In this document: one piece after another, positions 48,070-60,013 of the stretch | Layout of the letters: each line of letters begins with the position of its first letter | How positions within the stretch are numbered: the stretch's first letter is position 1 | NCBI GenBank assembly: GCA_965645245.1 | Contig: OZ287069.1 | Coordinates: 1,984,001-2,048,000 of the forward strand | Reading direction: 5' to 3' | Source of the DNA: Massalongia carnosa | Taxonomy: Eukaryota | Length of the DNA: 64,000 nucleotides | Program-made: the position numbers and the translations under genes | The notes under the pieces: model-generated | Seen by the model: the letters and a program-made list of their open reading frames with translations, nothing else | The model's database searches: none | What the model was told of the DNA's origin: nothing

Positions 48070-50306
48070 TTAAGCCGCAGGGTCCGTGATGAGCTTCGTT
48101 ATCTTCCCAATCGCAATTGTCTGGCCCTATTTTACCCTTTAGCAACCTCGATCCTCTATAGTGAACCCTTCTACTCGGAAGAGCAGCCGCTGATGGACGA
48201 ATGTCCTCTTACCTGATCCCTCAACGTAAATCGCCCCATTTGCGCGTAATCCTCATACCTCTCCACGCACACCGAACCCGCCCCTCCGATAACCTCTAGC
48301 CGCGCAATGATACTCTGCCCCTGCTTGCCAAATGGCGGCGGCTTCTTGCTCTTCCTGCCCGTGCCCTTCTCCAAACGGTGCAGCAGCGCCCCGAACGTCA
48401 CCTCTTCAATCGCCGAATGCACGTGCAGCACGCAGTTGAAGCCCGCACTCAGGATACTCTTCAGCTCCAGCAACATAATCTGCGCTTCGAACGCCGAAAC
48501 GCAGTGCACAGGCCGCTTGGGCGAGCACAGCACGAAGCCGGGAATGACATCTTCTTCCTCGACGCCGCGGACGCGGATGCGGACCTGATCACCACACATG
48601 GCTTGCGGGATTTCTTCCTCGGTCTCGCCGTACAGAGCCGCGACGGAAACTTCGTCGCGATTGGGCATCATGATGTATGTATTTCCTTTTTTGATGGCGC
48701 CGGCCTCGATCTTGCCTTCGATGATGGTGCCCATGTCTCTGTATTTGGCGTTGATAGGCATCATAAAGGGGGCACTGACCTTGCGTTCCAGCGATTTGAG
48801 GTTGTCAAGGTACTCGAGGAGGGAAGGGCCAGAGTACCAAGGGGCAAGATGTTTGGGGACCCGGTCCTTAATGCCAACAGTGGTTTGGGCCGAAATCGGC
48901 ATGAACGTGACGTCGTTCTTGCTATATTGGATTCCTTTGAGAAAGTTCATCAACTTCTCGGAACATTCCTTGTAGCGGTCATGACTCCATTCGACAGTCG
49001 GGTCGTCCATTTTGTTGATGACAACCACCAATTTGTTGACTCCTTGCGTTTTGGCTAGGATGGCATGTTCCCGGGTTTGGCCGCCCTTTTCAAATCCCGT
49101 TTCGTATTCACCCTTTCTTGCAGAGATGACGAGAATGCCAACATCCGCTTGCGATGCTCCGCCAATCATATTCGGGACAAAGGTTTTATGTCCAGGAGCA
49201 TCTAAAATAGTGTATCGCCTTTTCTCCGTTTCGAAGTAGCCTCGACCCACCTCGACGGTTTTGCCTTTTGACCGTTCCTCCTTAGTCAGATCGAGCGCCC
49301 ACGACAGATACCACGTTTCTCGCCCTGCTTCTTTCGCTTCCCGCTTGTACTTGTCCATGGTTCTTTCGTCGATCATCCCCGTGGCGTACAGGATACTCCC
49401 TCCGAGCGTTGATTTTCCAGCGTCGACGTGTCCAATGAAAATCAAGTTAACATGTTCCTTTCCATACACTTCTTCCAAGATCTCGTCGTCAACAACCGCT
49501 GCTTGCTCCTTCGTGACAGCATCAACTTCCCTCGCAGTTGTTTTGGAATCACCTGGCGTTGGGCTCGAAGCCCCTGATGATGGTGATGAAGAAGCTTTGC
49601 CGTTGGTAGATATCGCGGACTTGTCTGATTTCTCTATTGCTTTTGTAGCTGCTAACTTCGCCCCATCTTCAGCTGATGGTACATCCTCCTTTGGTGCGGC
49701 TGTAGGTGCAGGCGTGGCAAGAGCGCTAATTGACAATACCTTAGGCTTTGTTGCTGGGGCGTCCCCACCTAACGTCTTAACCACCGGTGTGGTCGAGGTT
49801 TCGTTGCCATGGTCTGCTGGTTTTGATGCTAGCGCTGGAGTTGACGAAGCTGTTGAGCTTGCCGCCGTTGGTCTTTTTGCAATGAGAGGAGGATTTCGAA
49901 ACGCCTGAGACGGTTGTGGCTGATGTTGTTGCTGGTACCCTTGTTGCTGGTTATACCCTTGCTGCTGCATCCCATACGTTTGATTGTAATTGCTAGGCTG
50001 CTGCCCGTGACCCTGGTTGTGTTGGCCATATGACTGTTGCCCATATTGGGGGTATGCCCCCCCGTACTGCTGCTGTGGATTGAATTGCTGGCCGTATTGC
50101 TGTGCCTGATCGTATCCCCCATATTGCTGGTATTGCTGTCCTGGTTGAAAGGATTGAGCACCCGGCTGAAAGGAGTTGGCGCCTGGGGTGAATCTGCTTG
50201 CTTGTGGGTTTGGAGGTGCGCTAATATTCAAATTTTGTTGAGTCTGACGTGCGAGGTCGTCTTCCTGAACTGTCGGGTCATCCTCCCACGATTCTAGACC
50301 GGACAT
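48070..50306 (-). CDS. SUP35: Translation release factor eRF3 with a Q/G/Y-rich N-terminal domain (intron 48212-48127)
   Basis: GHVDAGKS, DAPGHK and NKMD GTPase motifs; EKGGQTREHA; GRFTLRDQ|GQTIAIGKITKLITDPAA*. Confidence 0.98.
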
Positions 50307-50930
50307 TGTGGAAAAAGGTGAAAAGGCTCAGCCAGGGCAAGGTTGAGGCAACAAAGTCTTTGCCTTTGCCTTTGCTGAGGGTCCAATAGAACGAAAATAT
50401 TCTTTGGCCAAGTGAATAAAAGAGTGCTTGCTGGCGGCGTTCATGATCGTCTCTTCGGTCTGCTATTCGACTTCGTCAGCCCTACCGGTTAGCTCCGCCT
50501 TTCTCGAAAACGCTAGTCAAGTTAAGGTAGCTGGTTGTTGACAAAAGAGGTTTAGTGCGATTAACCATCGTCCGAAAAGCTTCAGAGCAGACGCAAAGGT
50601 CCCTGACATACGGGAGTAGGTACTCTATAGCTAAGGTACGTACCTATAGAAGTACCTACATATCTGCTACATCTATTGATACTTGTCCTTCGGCGCAAGC
50701 GTTGGGTATTTTGACAAATGTTCGTCGGACATGTTTGAGACCAAGCTCCGAACAGTGGTTTCCACTATGAGCTAATGCATGAACGGGAAACAAGCTCTTC
50801 AAGACTGGTATTGGGCATCATCTGACCCCAGGAAATATTTCCCATGTTGTATAGATACATGTGCAAAAATGGCAGGCTGATTTCAGGTATTTTTGTTTTC
50901 TTGCATCGTCTTCTCGGATCCATTTCGATC

Positions 50931-51523
50931 ATGTTTTTTCTCGTGCCTCTTCTCCTTTTCCTCTTCGAGACAATCGCCATGCCTCAACTTTACGGTCTAC
51001 CTGTTGAAGCATTGGATCCCTGGGATGGCTTCAACGAGGCCGTTATCAGCTCTCAATCGGACCAATGGCTAAGCCTGGAACTCGGCCCTGAACTCACGGA
51101 CGATGATTACCCACCTCTCTGCCACAAAAACGAACACCCCTACTGCTGCATGCCTGATATCGTCAGCACACGACGAGAATGGACGGGTGGCTGCAAGCAT
51201 TGTACTTTTCCCCTCTTTTCATTGGCATCAGTTGGGTGGCTGACCTGCTTGTTCTCTTTTCCGCGTTTGTAGGGGGAGCTGAGGAGTCGGCATGCAAAGT
51301 ATCGCAAAATATCAAGTGCTGCAAGAACTACGATGTAGGTTTATCTGGTTCATCGCCTTTTTTTTTTTGAAGTGGGCTGTAAGGGCTTGTAGATACTGCC
51401 AAAGATTCGGATTGTTAAATACTAAGGCCTGTCACTGACATGCAACGTCAACAGGTCGATAAGAAAGAATCGTTTCAGTGTAACATATACTATCCAGCGA
51501 TTTTCGACATAGACAACACATAG
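50931..51523 (+). CDS. Small secreted 8-cysteine protein with hydrophobin-type C-CC-C-C-CC-C order (about 133 aa; exons 50931-51201, 51273-51334, 51455-51523)
   Basis: Signal peptide MFFLVPLLLFLFETIA. Two GT-AG introns with GCTGAC/ACTGAC branch sites join into one frame with C-X7-CC-X14-C-X9-C-X7-CC-X12-C. Confidence 0.75.
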
Positions 51524-51711
51524 AGCACAGAGGAGGAAATGCGGGTTGAGCTAATATTTGGCCCATTTGAGAGACCGAAAATCTCTTTTCCATCATCAAA
51601 TCTACTGTTCGTCGAAAGCAAATCGTTCGCTGTCATCTTTTGAAAGTGTCCACATAGCAGTTTATGTATTTAGAGATATCAACCAATACCCCATCAAATC
51701 CTTCTCAATAG

Positions 51712-53250
51712 CTAGCTAGCTCGCCATTGGGCAAATCGGTTGAAAGTTTTGTCCTCCCGCAGGCGCTGTAGATGCTCGCGCTCTAGCCCAAGAACTACCT
51801 CCAACCCACCGCCGCTATCATCCCCGGAGGCACGAATGCTGGGGATGCGCGGAAGTATGAAATAAAAACCATCTGCTCTGACGCTTCGACAGCGAATCCG
51901 CTCACACGTCCCACCCACCTCATCTCCCCAACCTAATTGGTAGTAGGATTGACTAGCCCAAGAGGATCCCGCAACTATATGCTTGGCAGATGAGAAAGGA
52001 GGAGGAGCGAGCGTGTCCAGATCAGGGGTATTGTGAACCATCTTGATGACATCCCTAATGTAAGCGTCGTCAATTACGAGGTTTGATTTCCGGATTAGGG
52101 CAGCGCTGACAGGGAGACGGTCCGGATTGGAGGCGAGCAAAACGTGAGGTGAAGTATAAGCTTTGGAGATGAAGACTACGTTGCCGCCATAATCAGCTGG
52201 TACAGGTGGCGAGAGACGATTTCGCCCATTGACCGCCATGCAGAACACAGCAGGCATATTGCTTGCGAGGCTGGTACTCTCCCTCTGCCGCGCAGACGTT
52301 ATGCCGCACCACAAAAGCGCGCAGAGAGCGTCGTTCGTAGAGATGCTAGCCGTAGCTTCTTGAGTGTTCTCGATTACGTTAACACGGCGGTGGCTTGCGG
52401 CGCTTTTCAAAAGCCTTAATGACGCATCGGAGAAGAAGAAGATTGCCGTCTCCACGGTGGGGGAGTCGGAAATATACTCCGCGGCTGCCTCTGGACGAAC
52501 AGCCACCTCCAAATTCGGCGCGAGTCTGTATTCTGGATAGTCTTGTACATCACCGGCTCCAGCTCCTTGCTGCATCAGCGGGCACTGGTCCATCCATTCC
52601 GGCTGGACCAGCTTCGAGCCATCTTCACCCCGACAATAACTCGACCATACCTTCAACAGGTTGGACGAACCCACTCCGTCCATCACGCAATGATTAGTTC
52701 GCACGTAAAGCAATAAGCCACCACGAAGCAGATTCACCTGCGCCAGCATTACATGTGCATTTTTACCGGCCAGTGGGGGTGAGATGAGATCTGTAGGGAT
52801 TGCATCGGTAGGGAATTGCTTTGAGCGGAGCTCATCATAGGCATATTCATCGCGAAGGTCCTTTACCGAGAACAAGTCGTCTACGGAATGGTAAGGCTTC
52901 TGGACACTTAAAGCTCCCTTTTGACCTTTTTGAGGGATTGGCGCAACCGAACCAGCAAGCACAGGAATAGCAGCAATCGTACGTCCAAGCGCGGATCGTA
53001 AAGTAGCCACGGTAGCGGCAGGGTCTGAGTTGGAAGCGAAGTATAAAAGTTTTGATATGTACCGACGGCCCATCAGATGGTCGAGCGGAGAAAGTGGATG
53101 AATGGCAGCTATTTGGTCTGCGACAGGAGACTTGAAAGCGCTAACGTGTTGCGCGCGGAGAAATTTGAGGGAAGTGTTTGAGCAACGAGGCAGGGATGCC
53201 CTGGGGGTTTGAAATACCAGTTTCTGCCATGTTCGGGGAAGCATGTTCAT
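51712..53250 (-). CDS. CoA-dependent acyltransferase, Tri101/BAHD-like (transferase family), intronless
   Basis: LSPLD N-terminal motif, catalytic HXXXD (HCVMDG), STNDALCALLW, AVNGRNRL, YGGN, and DFGWG-like QLGWG. Confidence 0.9.
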   Translation of the reverse strand: MNMLPRTWQKLVFQTPRASLPRCSNTSLKFLRAQHVSAFKSPVADQIAAIHPLSPLDHLMGRRYISKLLYFASNSDPAATVATLRSALGRTIAAIPVLAGSVAPIPQKGQKGALSVQKPYHSVDDLFSVKDLRDEYAYDELRSKQFPTDAIPTDLISPPLAGKNAHVMLAQVNLLRGGLLLYVRTNHCVMDGVGSSNLLKVWSSYCRGEDGSKLVQPEWMDQCPLMQQGAGAGDVQDYPEYRLAPNLEVAVRPEAAAEYISDSPTVETAIFFFSDASLRLLKSAASHRRVNVIENTQEATASISTNDALCALLWCGITSARQRESTSLASNMPAVFCMAVNGRNRLSPPVPADYGGNVVFISKAYTSPHVLLASNPDRLPVSAALIRKSNLVIDDAYIRDVIKMVHNTPDLDTLAPPPFSSAKHIVAGSSWASQSYYQLGWGDEVGGTCERIRCRSVRADGFYFILPRIPSIRASGDDSGGGLEVVLGLEREHLQRLREDKTFNRFAQWRAS

Positions 53251-55225
53251 GATGTATGGAGTTTGTGTACATGTGAAACTCTAATCATTGCCCGCAGGTC
53301 TCAAACCGTATGATGCTCGGGACGCGTATGGTTTGAGAACGACTTTCGAGACCTGATTTAGACCAGATATAAAAGAGAGATGGATCATGTATTGACTGGA
53401 GCATAGTCAGCTCAAACAGGTACCTACATGTATGATTACTCCGCTCAGCATAGTAAGCCACCATAGAATCTACATGAATGCTAAAATCAGCGACGGCCCC
53501 CACTAATCCTAGGTCATACCCCTAAACCCTGACTTCTTGCTCCTCCAATCACATTCGACATACTTTTATACATACCTCGTGTTATCAATGTTTCAATAAT
53601 TATCGATTCTCATTAATATATCTCAATTATCTTCTTATCCACTTTTTCAATCCCACTTCTCACTTCTCTTGAATTTCGTGTTACCAAAGTCCGACCGAAA
53701 AAGAGAAAGATAAGAGCATTAAACAGCAGATAAGGAGTTAGGAAGGTAGAGTTGAACAAAAAAGAAAATAAGTAGGTTAGTAAGCTTGTATGTAGAGGGG
53801 GAGGTATGTAGTTATGGAATTAGGTATGAAGATGAAAAGTCAGAGAGAGCGGAAGAGGCAAGAAGAGTTATAGAAGGCCTTTAAGTTTGATTTTAAAGAG
53901 AAACTGAGCAGATTTCCCGCATCAAATAACAAAACGGGGAGCCTGAGCATATTAGGGGAATAAAATAGGTAAGAAATCGGAATTGAAGGGATATAAATGT
54001 GGATTCTCGAAAAAGCAAAGCAAATCAAGCTTTTTATGTGTACTCTGGTACAGCCTTGATAAATGGAAAAATCATTACACGTAGCAAACTGATATCACAT
54101 GGCATCAGGTCATCGGGGTACTAGCCTTGTTGGTTTTCGAAATGATTAGAAAGCATAAGGTCTAGTTGGCTTTCCGATTTCATACCTTGATAAGCTCGGT
54201 CCTACTGGAACTTGAGCGATATGAAAGCAGCGGGAGACCTCATTTTCCAGTTATAGGGAGACATTGTCCTTCATATAAAGAGGATACAAAATGTCCAAGA
54301 ACAAGCAAACCCTGCCTGGCCCGTTGCTGTGATGATGTAAAGATTCAGTAGAAGAAACAGAATTGAAAATTGCAGGCCTTAGACAAATGTCCCTGATGGT
54401 GCAATCCTCATTCGGAAGTTTTGTTACAGCCGCATGGCCGCATGGCCGCATGGAGCGGCGGATGCAGGGAATTAAAGCGCAGAGGCTGTTGCTGGCATTG
54501 GAACCAATCTAATGGCGCGCCGGAAGGTATTAAACCCTCACATCTTGATTAGTTGACGAACTTGCTCGCACAGAGACCTGAGGATACTATATTAGTACCA
54601 TTCGCTGAAGTTATCGAGGAACTGGACTGTAAGCCAACCCAAAGGGCTACATTGATTACATTTCCAAATTGAAAGACTGGAAATTGGTATCGACTATAGG
54701 TTAGGCCACACTCATACTCCATCAAAATGCAATCAAGGCAAGCGGGAGCCGGTTTCCGTACCATAAAACTTTATCTTCTGAAAGCCCGATCAAAACATGG
54801 GTGCCGTAAAGTTTCTTGACATGCGAAGCAGTCAGCTCAGAAATGCTGTGGCCAGTCCTTTCTTGCCACTCCCCAATAGCAGTAGCAGTAGCCATCGCCT
54901 GCAACTGAGTCAAAGCAGCTGCTATATAGCGCGGGCTAGCTAACCCCATGACTAGAGTAGGAAACCATAAAGGTCATCTTAAGTAACACTAGTAAGAAAA
55001 TCTCTCTGTAGAGAGCGAGATCCCAACTAGATATTTCCTGGACTGAATTAGGTAAAAGTTAGAATTTGATGATGCACAATCAATCTGGTCCTGAAAACCG
55101 ACAACAGAATCCCAACGAGCTTTACACGAAGTGGCTCAGTCGATACGAGACCATTCATGAGTCGTTAGGTTCTTATTTGTCACACCTTCGTATTTACTCG
55201 GCGATTAGAAATAGATATCGCCGTC

Positions 55226-55711
55226 ATGACAGAGGCTTCAGCCACAGCTCCAGGAGAGACTAGACTCACAACTCTGTTAACGACTCTCCAACCATACCTC
55301 CATCCCGAGACTTTTGTATTTATGGCTTTGCCATCGTCATATCAGGCCCCACCGCCATCGCTTCAGATTCAGATGTGGTTTCGCGAAGCCGAAGGGTTGA
55401 CAGTCATCACCACGCTGGCTTCAGCGGTATCACACCCTCTTGAGTTCACATTCCCTTGCAGGATGATCACACTCAACGTTCGTTCTAGTCTTGAGGCCGT
55501 GGGCTTTATAGAAATCATCGCGACAAAATTGAAGGAGAGACGGATGGGTGTTAATCCAGTGAGCGGTTACTTCCACGACCATCTGTTTGTGCCGGTGGGA
55601 AGGGAGGATGAGGCCTTGGAGGTGCTGCATGACATTGCCATCAACGCGAAAACAACACTCGAAGGAGGATCGAACGAGGAAAGGAAGTTTAAGTGGAAAT
55701 GTGTTTCATGA
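55226..55711 (+). CDS. ACT-domain protein (DUF2241-like)
   Basis: GETRLTTLL..LQPYL, MWFREAEGLTVI, CRMITLNVRSSLEAVGF, NPVSGYFHDHLFVP. Confidence 0.85.
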   Translation: MTEASATAPGETRLTTLLTTLQPYLHPETFVFMALPSSYQAPPPSLQIQMWFREAEGLTVITTLASAVSHPLEFTFPCRMITLNVRSSLEAVGFIEIIATKLKERRMGVNPVSGYFHDHLFVPVGREDEALEVLHDIAINAKTTLEGGSNEERKFKWKCVS

Positions 55712-55931
55712 CTGATGTCACGTGTACCAGCGTCTAATCACGTGGTACACGATGGTTTCCTCCGCGTCACGAAAGTTCATCAACATTTCCAGCACATATT
55801 AGTCTAACGTTAGTAATGTATCACGAGAGTTGGGCTTGCTCATGTGCAATTCATGAGTTGTATCCTGTCAGTGATGTTCTTAAGTTCTCTAGTGTAGATT
55901 AACCATCAGTCCATAGCAAAGTCCACCAACA

Positions 55932-58528
55932 ATGGATATATTCTTAGGAAAGGTAAATCTAAAGTTCCCTGACCTGCAAGAAATTATCTAATGAATATAT
56001 CAGGTCACTCAGCAGGCTATGAACTATGCCATCAGGTATGATCAACGCTGGCCTGTATTCAACTTGCTTGCTAATAATCTCGACTAGGTCCGGCGTAACT
56101 ATTACTGCAGGCTATGCTATCAAACAGTCATCTAGGCTCTTGAAGGTAGTAGTTGCATCGTGTCAAGATATGCTTTAGCAAATACCAACTATACAATAGT
56201 CTGTCCAAGGCAACGAGAGAGAGGAGCTCCAGGAGTTACAAGAACGCCTTAACAGCAAGATTAGAGTCCGTCTGTCCTTCACCGAGCATTCTCCTTGTCT
56301 CTCGCTTTTTATCAGTCGTTTAGCTTTGTATCTAACCAGATCCGCTTGCATTTTTTCTTCTGTTAATTATTATTCGTTTGTTGCAACTATTATCTAATCA
56401 GGTTGCCATAGATTATTTCTCCTGCGATTGATATGATAGAATTGATGTATGTAATTCTATAGCAGTCTCCAATCGCGGGCCTCTGATATTTGGCATTAGC
56501 TCCGCTCGGGGAAACACTTCGTTAGAATCTGCCGTGTCGCTCACTAAATCACTGCGGTGGGAAATCCAAACGCTGGGCCAGCGTCTTGCATCCGCTGCAA
56601 ATGCCGAGGAAATGACGCGCAGAGGAAGCTCAAAGGCACAAAACAAGGCGCATAATGAGCAAGAATTGAAGTATATCATCCAAGCAATCCGGAAACTTCT
56701 GAATCGAATTGAGGATGCTGTTCCGCTCATCAATCTTGCAATCACTGCTTCTGGTGCGAGTCTGTCCTCAAGCCTGCCGTCAACAGTCTCTCCCTCTCGT
56801 CTGTTACAGGCAAGCACATTCTTGACCGCAGGAGATTCGCAATATTCGGCTTCACCCTCAACTTCAGTCCAGATTGGACCAACTTTTACACTTTCGATGT
56901 ATATGCTCTTTTTGGGCCATCTTCGACCGCAAAATGAAGAAGAAGTAAGAGAAAGCACCTGGAAGGAGGTCATCCATAAAGCAGTTGTCAAGCTGGTTCG
57001 GGTATCAATCGATAGCCTACATAGTATGCCTGGAATAGAACGGCCCACAAGTTTTCAGCATAGGAACGATATTGCTTATAGTAAGGAAGAAAGCAAAGCC
57101 GAGACCTACTTTCCTTATCACACTGAGGCTGGAAACAAAGCAGATGAGTATGCTTATCAGTTAGTTATCATTGAGGATCTTGAGGATGATCGGTTACATA
57201 CGTTTGAAGAGAATGAACCGCAACCAACTTCCTACGACAATATAGCAGTCGCGGGAATTCGCGAAGCTATTCCGATACATGAAATCTCCAAAATCTTCTA
57301 TGCAGATACAGGTAAAATCTTAAATATAGGAAATGAAGGGGAGGCGAACAGCCCTGTACTTTTGCTCAAGAGAGACGTCAACGCGGTTGCACCACGACGG
57401 ATGATGGAGCGTTATGGCGACGATGTTGTTCAAGAAGACGATAATATGAGTTCCAGCTCTAGGTGTCCATCAGCGGAGCCAAATGGACACGAGGAGAGCG
57501 GATCACAGAATGATGGAACTGAAGACCACAAAAATTCCTCCCTTGACTCATCACCAACGCTCTTACAGAAATCATGGGCCCCCTCAGAACCATGGCGTCT
57601 CCCGCTCGATCTCGATCCGGAATGGATAGCGTTTGAAGTTTACACGGAAAGTGTCGACTTGGATAGCGAATCCGAAACCGAATCTTCGTCTACCAGACCG
57701 ACTAAATCCCCCCGATCTCCTTCCCTAGCCCCTGAAATAACCTCCGCTCTTGCCCGCCTCCAACTCCAATCGCCAAACATAACCCCAAAACCCTCCTCTC
57801 CTCGCCCGGAGTCCACCCCCAACCACCACTCCGCCCCCCCCATGCCTCCAATCCGGACTTCCCTCTCCCTACTCGAAACCCTCCTCCGCCTGCTTTCCCT
57901 CCAGCAGTTTCAACAAACGCCCCACCTCTCCATCCCGGATGAACTCCTCACCTTCTTCCTCTCTGAATCCGCCTCCACCGGCGCCGCCACCTCTGACTCC
58001 CAAGAACGAAAGCGCCTCCGGATCGAAGCCCGCCGTCGCGTCGGCTTCGATCCCTACGATGAAAGTCCCGTCAAGCGTCGTGGCGAAGAATACCAATACC
58101 GTGGCTATGAGGACGAAAACTCATGGGAGGACGGTAGAAGATCTACCTATGACGGGTACGATGGATTCTCACCTCTAGACGACCGATACGTAACGCCGAT
58201 CCGATATGCAGTGAGCCCTAGGTATCCCGATGAAGGCTATGGCACCTATAACTGGAGTCCTTCCCTGCAAAGCCAGTCGCAGACCCCGGACCGTGGCACG
58301 CCTCCGCTGCAGACGCCGCCGACGCCGCCGTTGCGGTTGAAGAACCGATCGCAATCACCGAGGAGCGAGGCGCCGATGCGGTGGCGTGGTGGGAGACGCG
58401 ACCTTGTGGGCGCGGATGGGGAGACGAAAAGGGGTAGTCCGCTCGCGAGACCGGCGACTGGAGTTACCGACGAGGGATTGGGAACTAGTCCAGTGTCGGA
58501 ACGTCCACCTGGGGTTGAGAAAGATTGA
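55932..58528 (+). CDS. YRB30: RanGTP-binding protein Yrb30, multi-exon
   Basis: Short exons MDIFLGK|VTQQAMNYAIR|SGVTITAGYAIKQSSRLLK ... IISPAIDMIELI|SARGNTSLESAV; RIEDAVPLINLAITASG; IFYADTGKILNI; SLSLLETLLRL; IPDELL. Confidence 0.9.
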
Positions 58529-60013
58529 GTTGATGCGGATGGCCATAACGTGCTTTTTCGTCGACGAAAATTTGTCCGATAGGCCTTTTGCTCAGATGGC
58601 GTATTGGTTATAGCAGGAGCAGTAGATACCGCTCAGCGAAAACGATCAAGATGCATGGAGTGCATGAAACGAAAAAGATGGGCGTTTAGCAGAGTAGTCT
58701 ATCGAGGCGAGGGAGGCAGGGATGGAGCGACGGCTCCCTCTCTCCCTACCCTCAGGCAAAGTTTGACGGAGCAGATAAGTTAGAGAAGTCGGGCTGAACA
58801 AGCTAGATGGACATTCAAGAGCGGTCTAAAACAATAAACTAGCCAACCAGCCAATAAGCCATCGCCCCACTTCCCAAGGTCTTTTTGCACCCAGGCAAGC
58901 AAAGCAAGCAATAAATATCTATATAACTCCATCCATCATCATCAACCAGTCAATCAGCCAAGATAGAAACTTCCATCCTTGCCCCTTTCTCCACGTACCT
59001 ACATCCTTCTCTCCATACTCGACACCAAAGCAAGATAAAATCCATCTGATACTATATATAGTCAGGTTGGAACCCCGCCACCTAACTCCAACTCACCATC
59101 CCAAAAGCAACCCCAACTTCTTTCCCCCTCAGAATTTCCCATTCCTCCAACTCCCACCTGCCCATTTCCGTGACTCCAGCGAGAAAAAAAAGAAAAGAAA
59201 GATAGAAAGGCTAGGGGAAAGGAAAGGAACGGGAAGATGAGAATGGAGAAGGAAGTAGTCATCCCTACCTACCAACCAACCTCGAACAGAAAAGAAGAAA
59301 AGAAAAAAAAAGAACCCAGGCGCATAACTCACCAAAAGCCAGGAAAGCCAGAAAAGCGAAAATCGAAAAGCGGGGGGGGGGGGGGGACATAAAAGGCTAC
59401 GGAAGGAAATGGGTTGACAGCACGTTATATATATCAACTCGACTCGACCCGACTCCGCTCCCCATCAAAACAAACCACCCTTTAAGAAAAAGGAATTATA
59501 CCTAACGAAGTGAATTTCCTCTGCTCCTCCTCTTCCTCCTTTTGACACAATAGGCGCGAATGCAAACCCCCGCCTCCCCCTCGGGGTGCTCACATTCGTT
59601 TAACTCCCCCTTCCCTTTCTTGTACCATAAAGCGGGGCAAAGAATTTCTTTTATTTTATTTTCTGCAATGCTGACTTGCTGGCGCGCTGGGTGATAGAGA
59701 TATGGAAGAGGGAGGGAGGGGGAGAGGAAGGATGTGTGAGAGAGAGTGTGTGAGTGAGTGAGTGAGCTACTGAGCCCTGCCTCACCCGTCGCGAGGGAAA
59801 TGTTCCTTTGCAAACACAATAGCGATATCAACAACAAAGCTGCTAGCCACACCCTCCCTACCTACTCTTAACCCCCACCCCTCCCCCCTTAAAACAGGTG
59901 TTTGGATTAAATCAACCACAAGATCACACCTTCCGCCTTCTCCGCTAGCGCCACGCTCCCCGTTCCATACATACACACCCTTTTGCCAAAAACACCTCCG
60001 CGCTTCTAGCCCC

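Noticed and set aside
48378..49908. Long antisense ORFs over SUP35 (and similar ones over GEM1, ATG13 and YRB30)
   Set aside because: These are expected shadow ORFs opposite codon-biased, GC-rich genes, with no domain signatures.
8122..50306. Functional linkage between the retroelement UGA junction and the SUP35 locus
   Set aside because: They are about 40 kb apart with many unrelated genes between, and the insertion is recent. Any effect would act in trans, so co-location is coincidental.
53518..53533. Telomere-like CCCTAAACCCTGA
   Set aside because: Only about two imperfect units, which is compatible with chance in a pyrimidine-rich tract.
50800..55711. Secondary-metabolite gene cluster around the acyltransferase
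   Set aside because: No backbone enzyme, cluster transcription factor or exporter is present, and the flanks are housekeeping genes.
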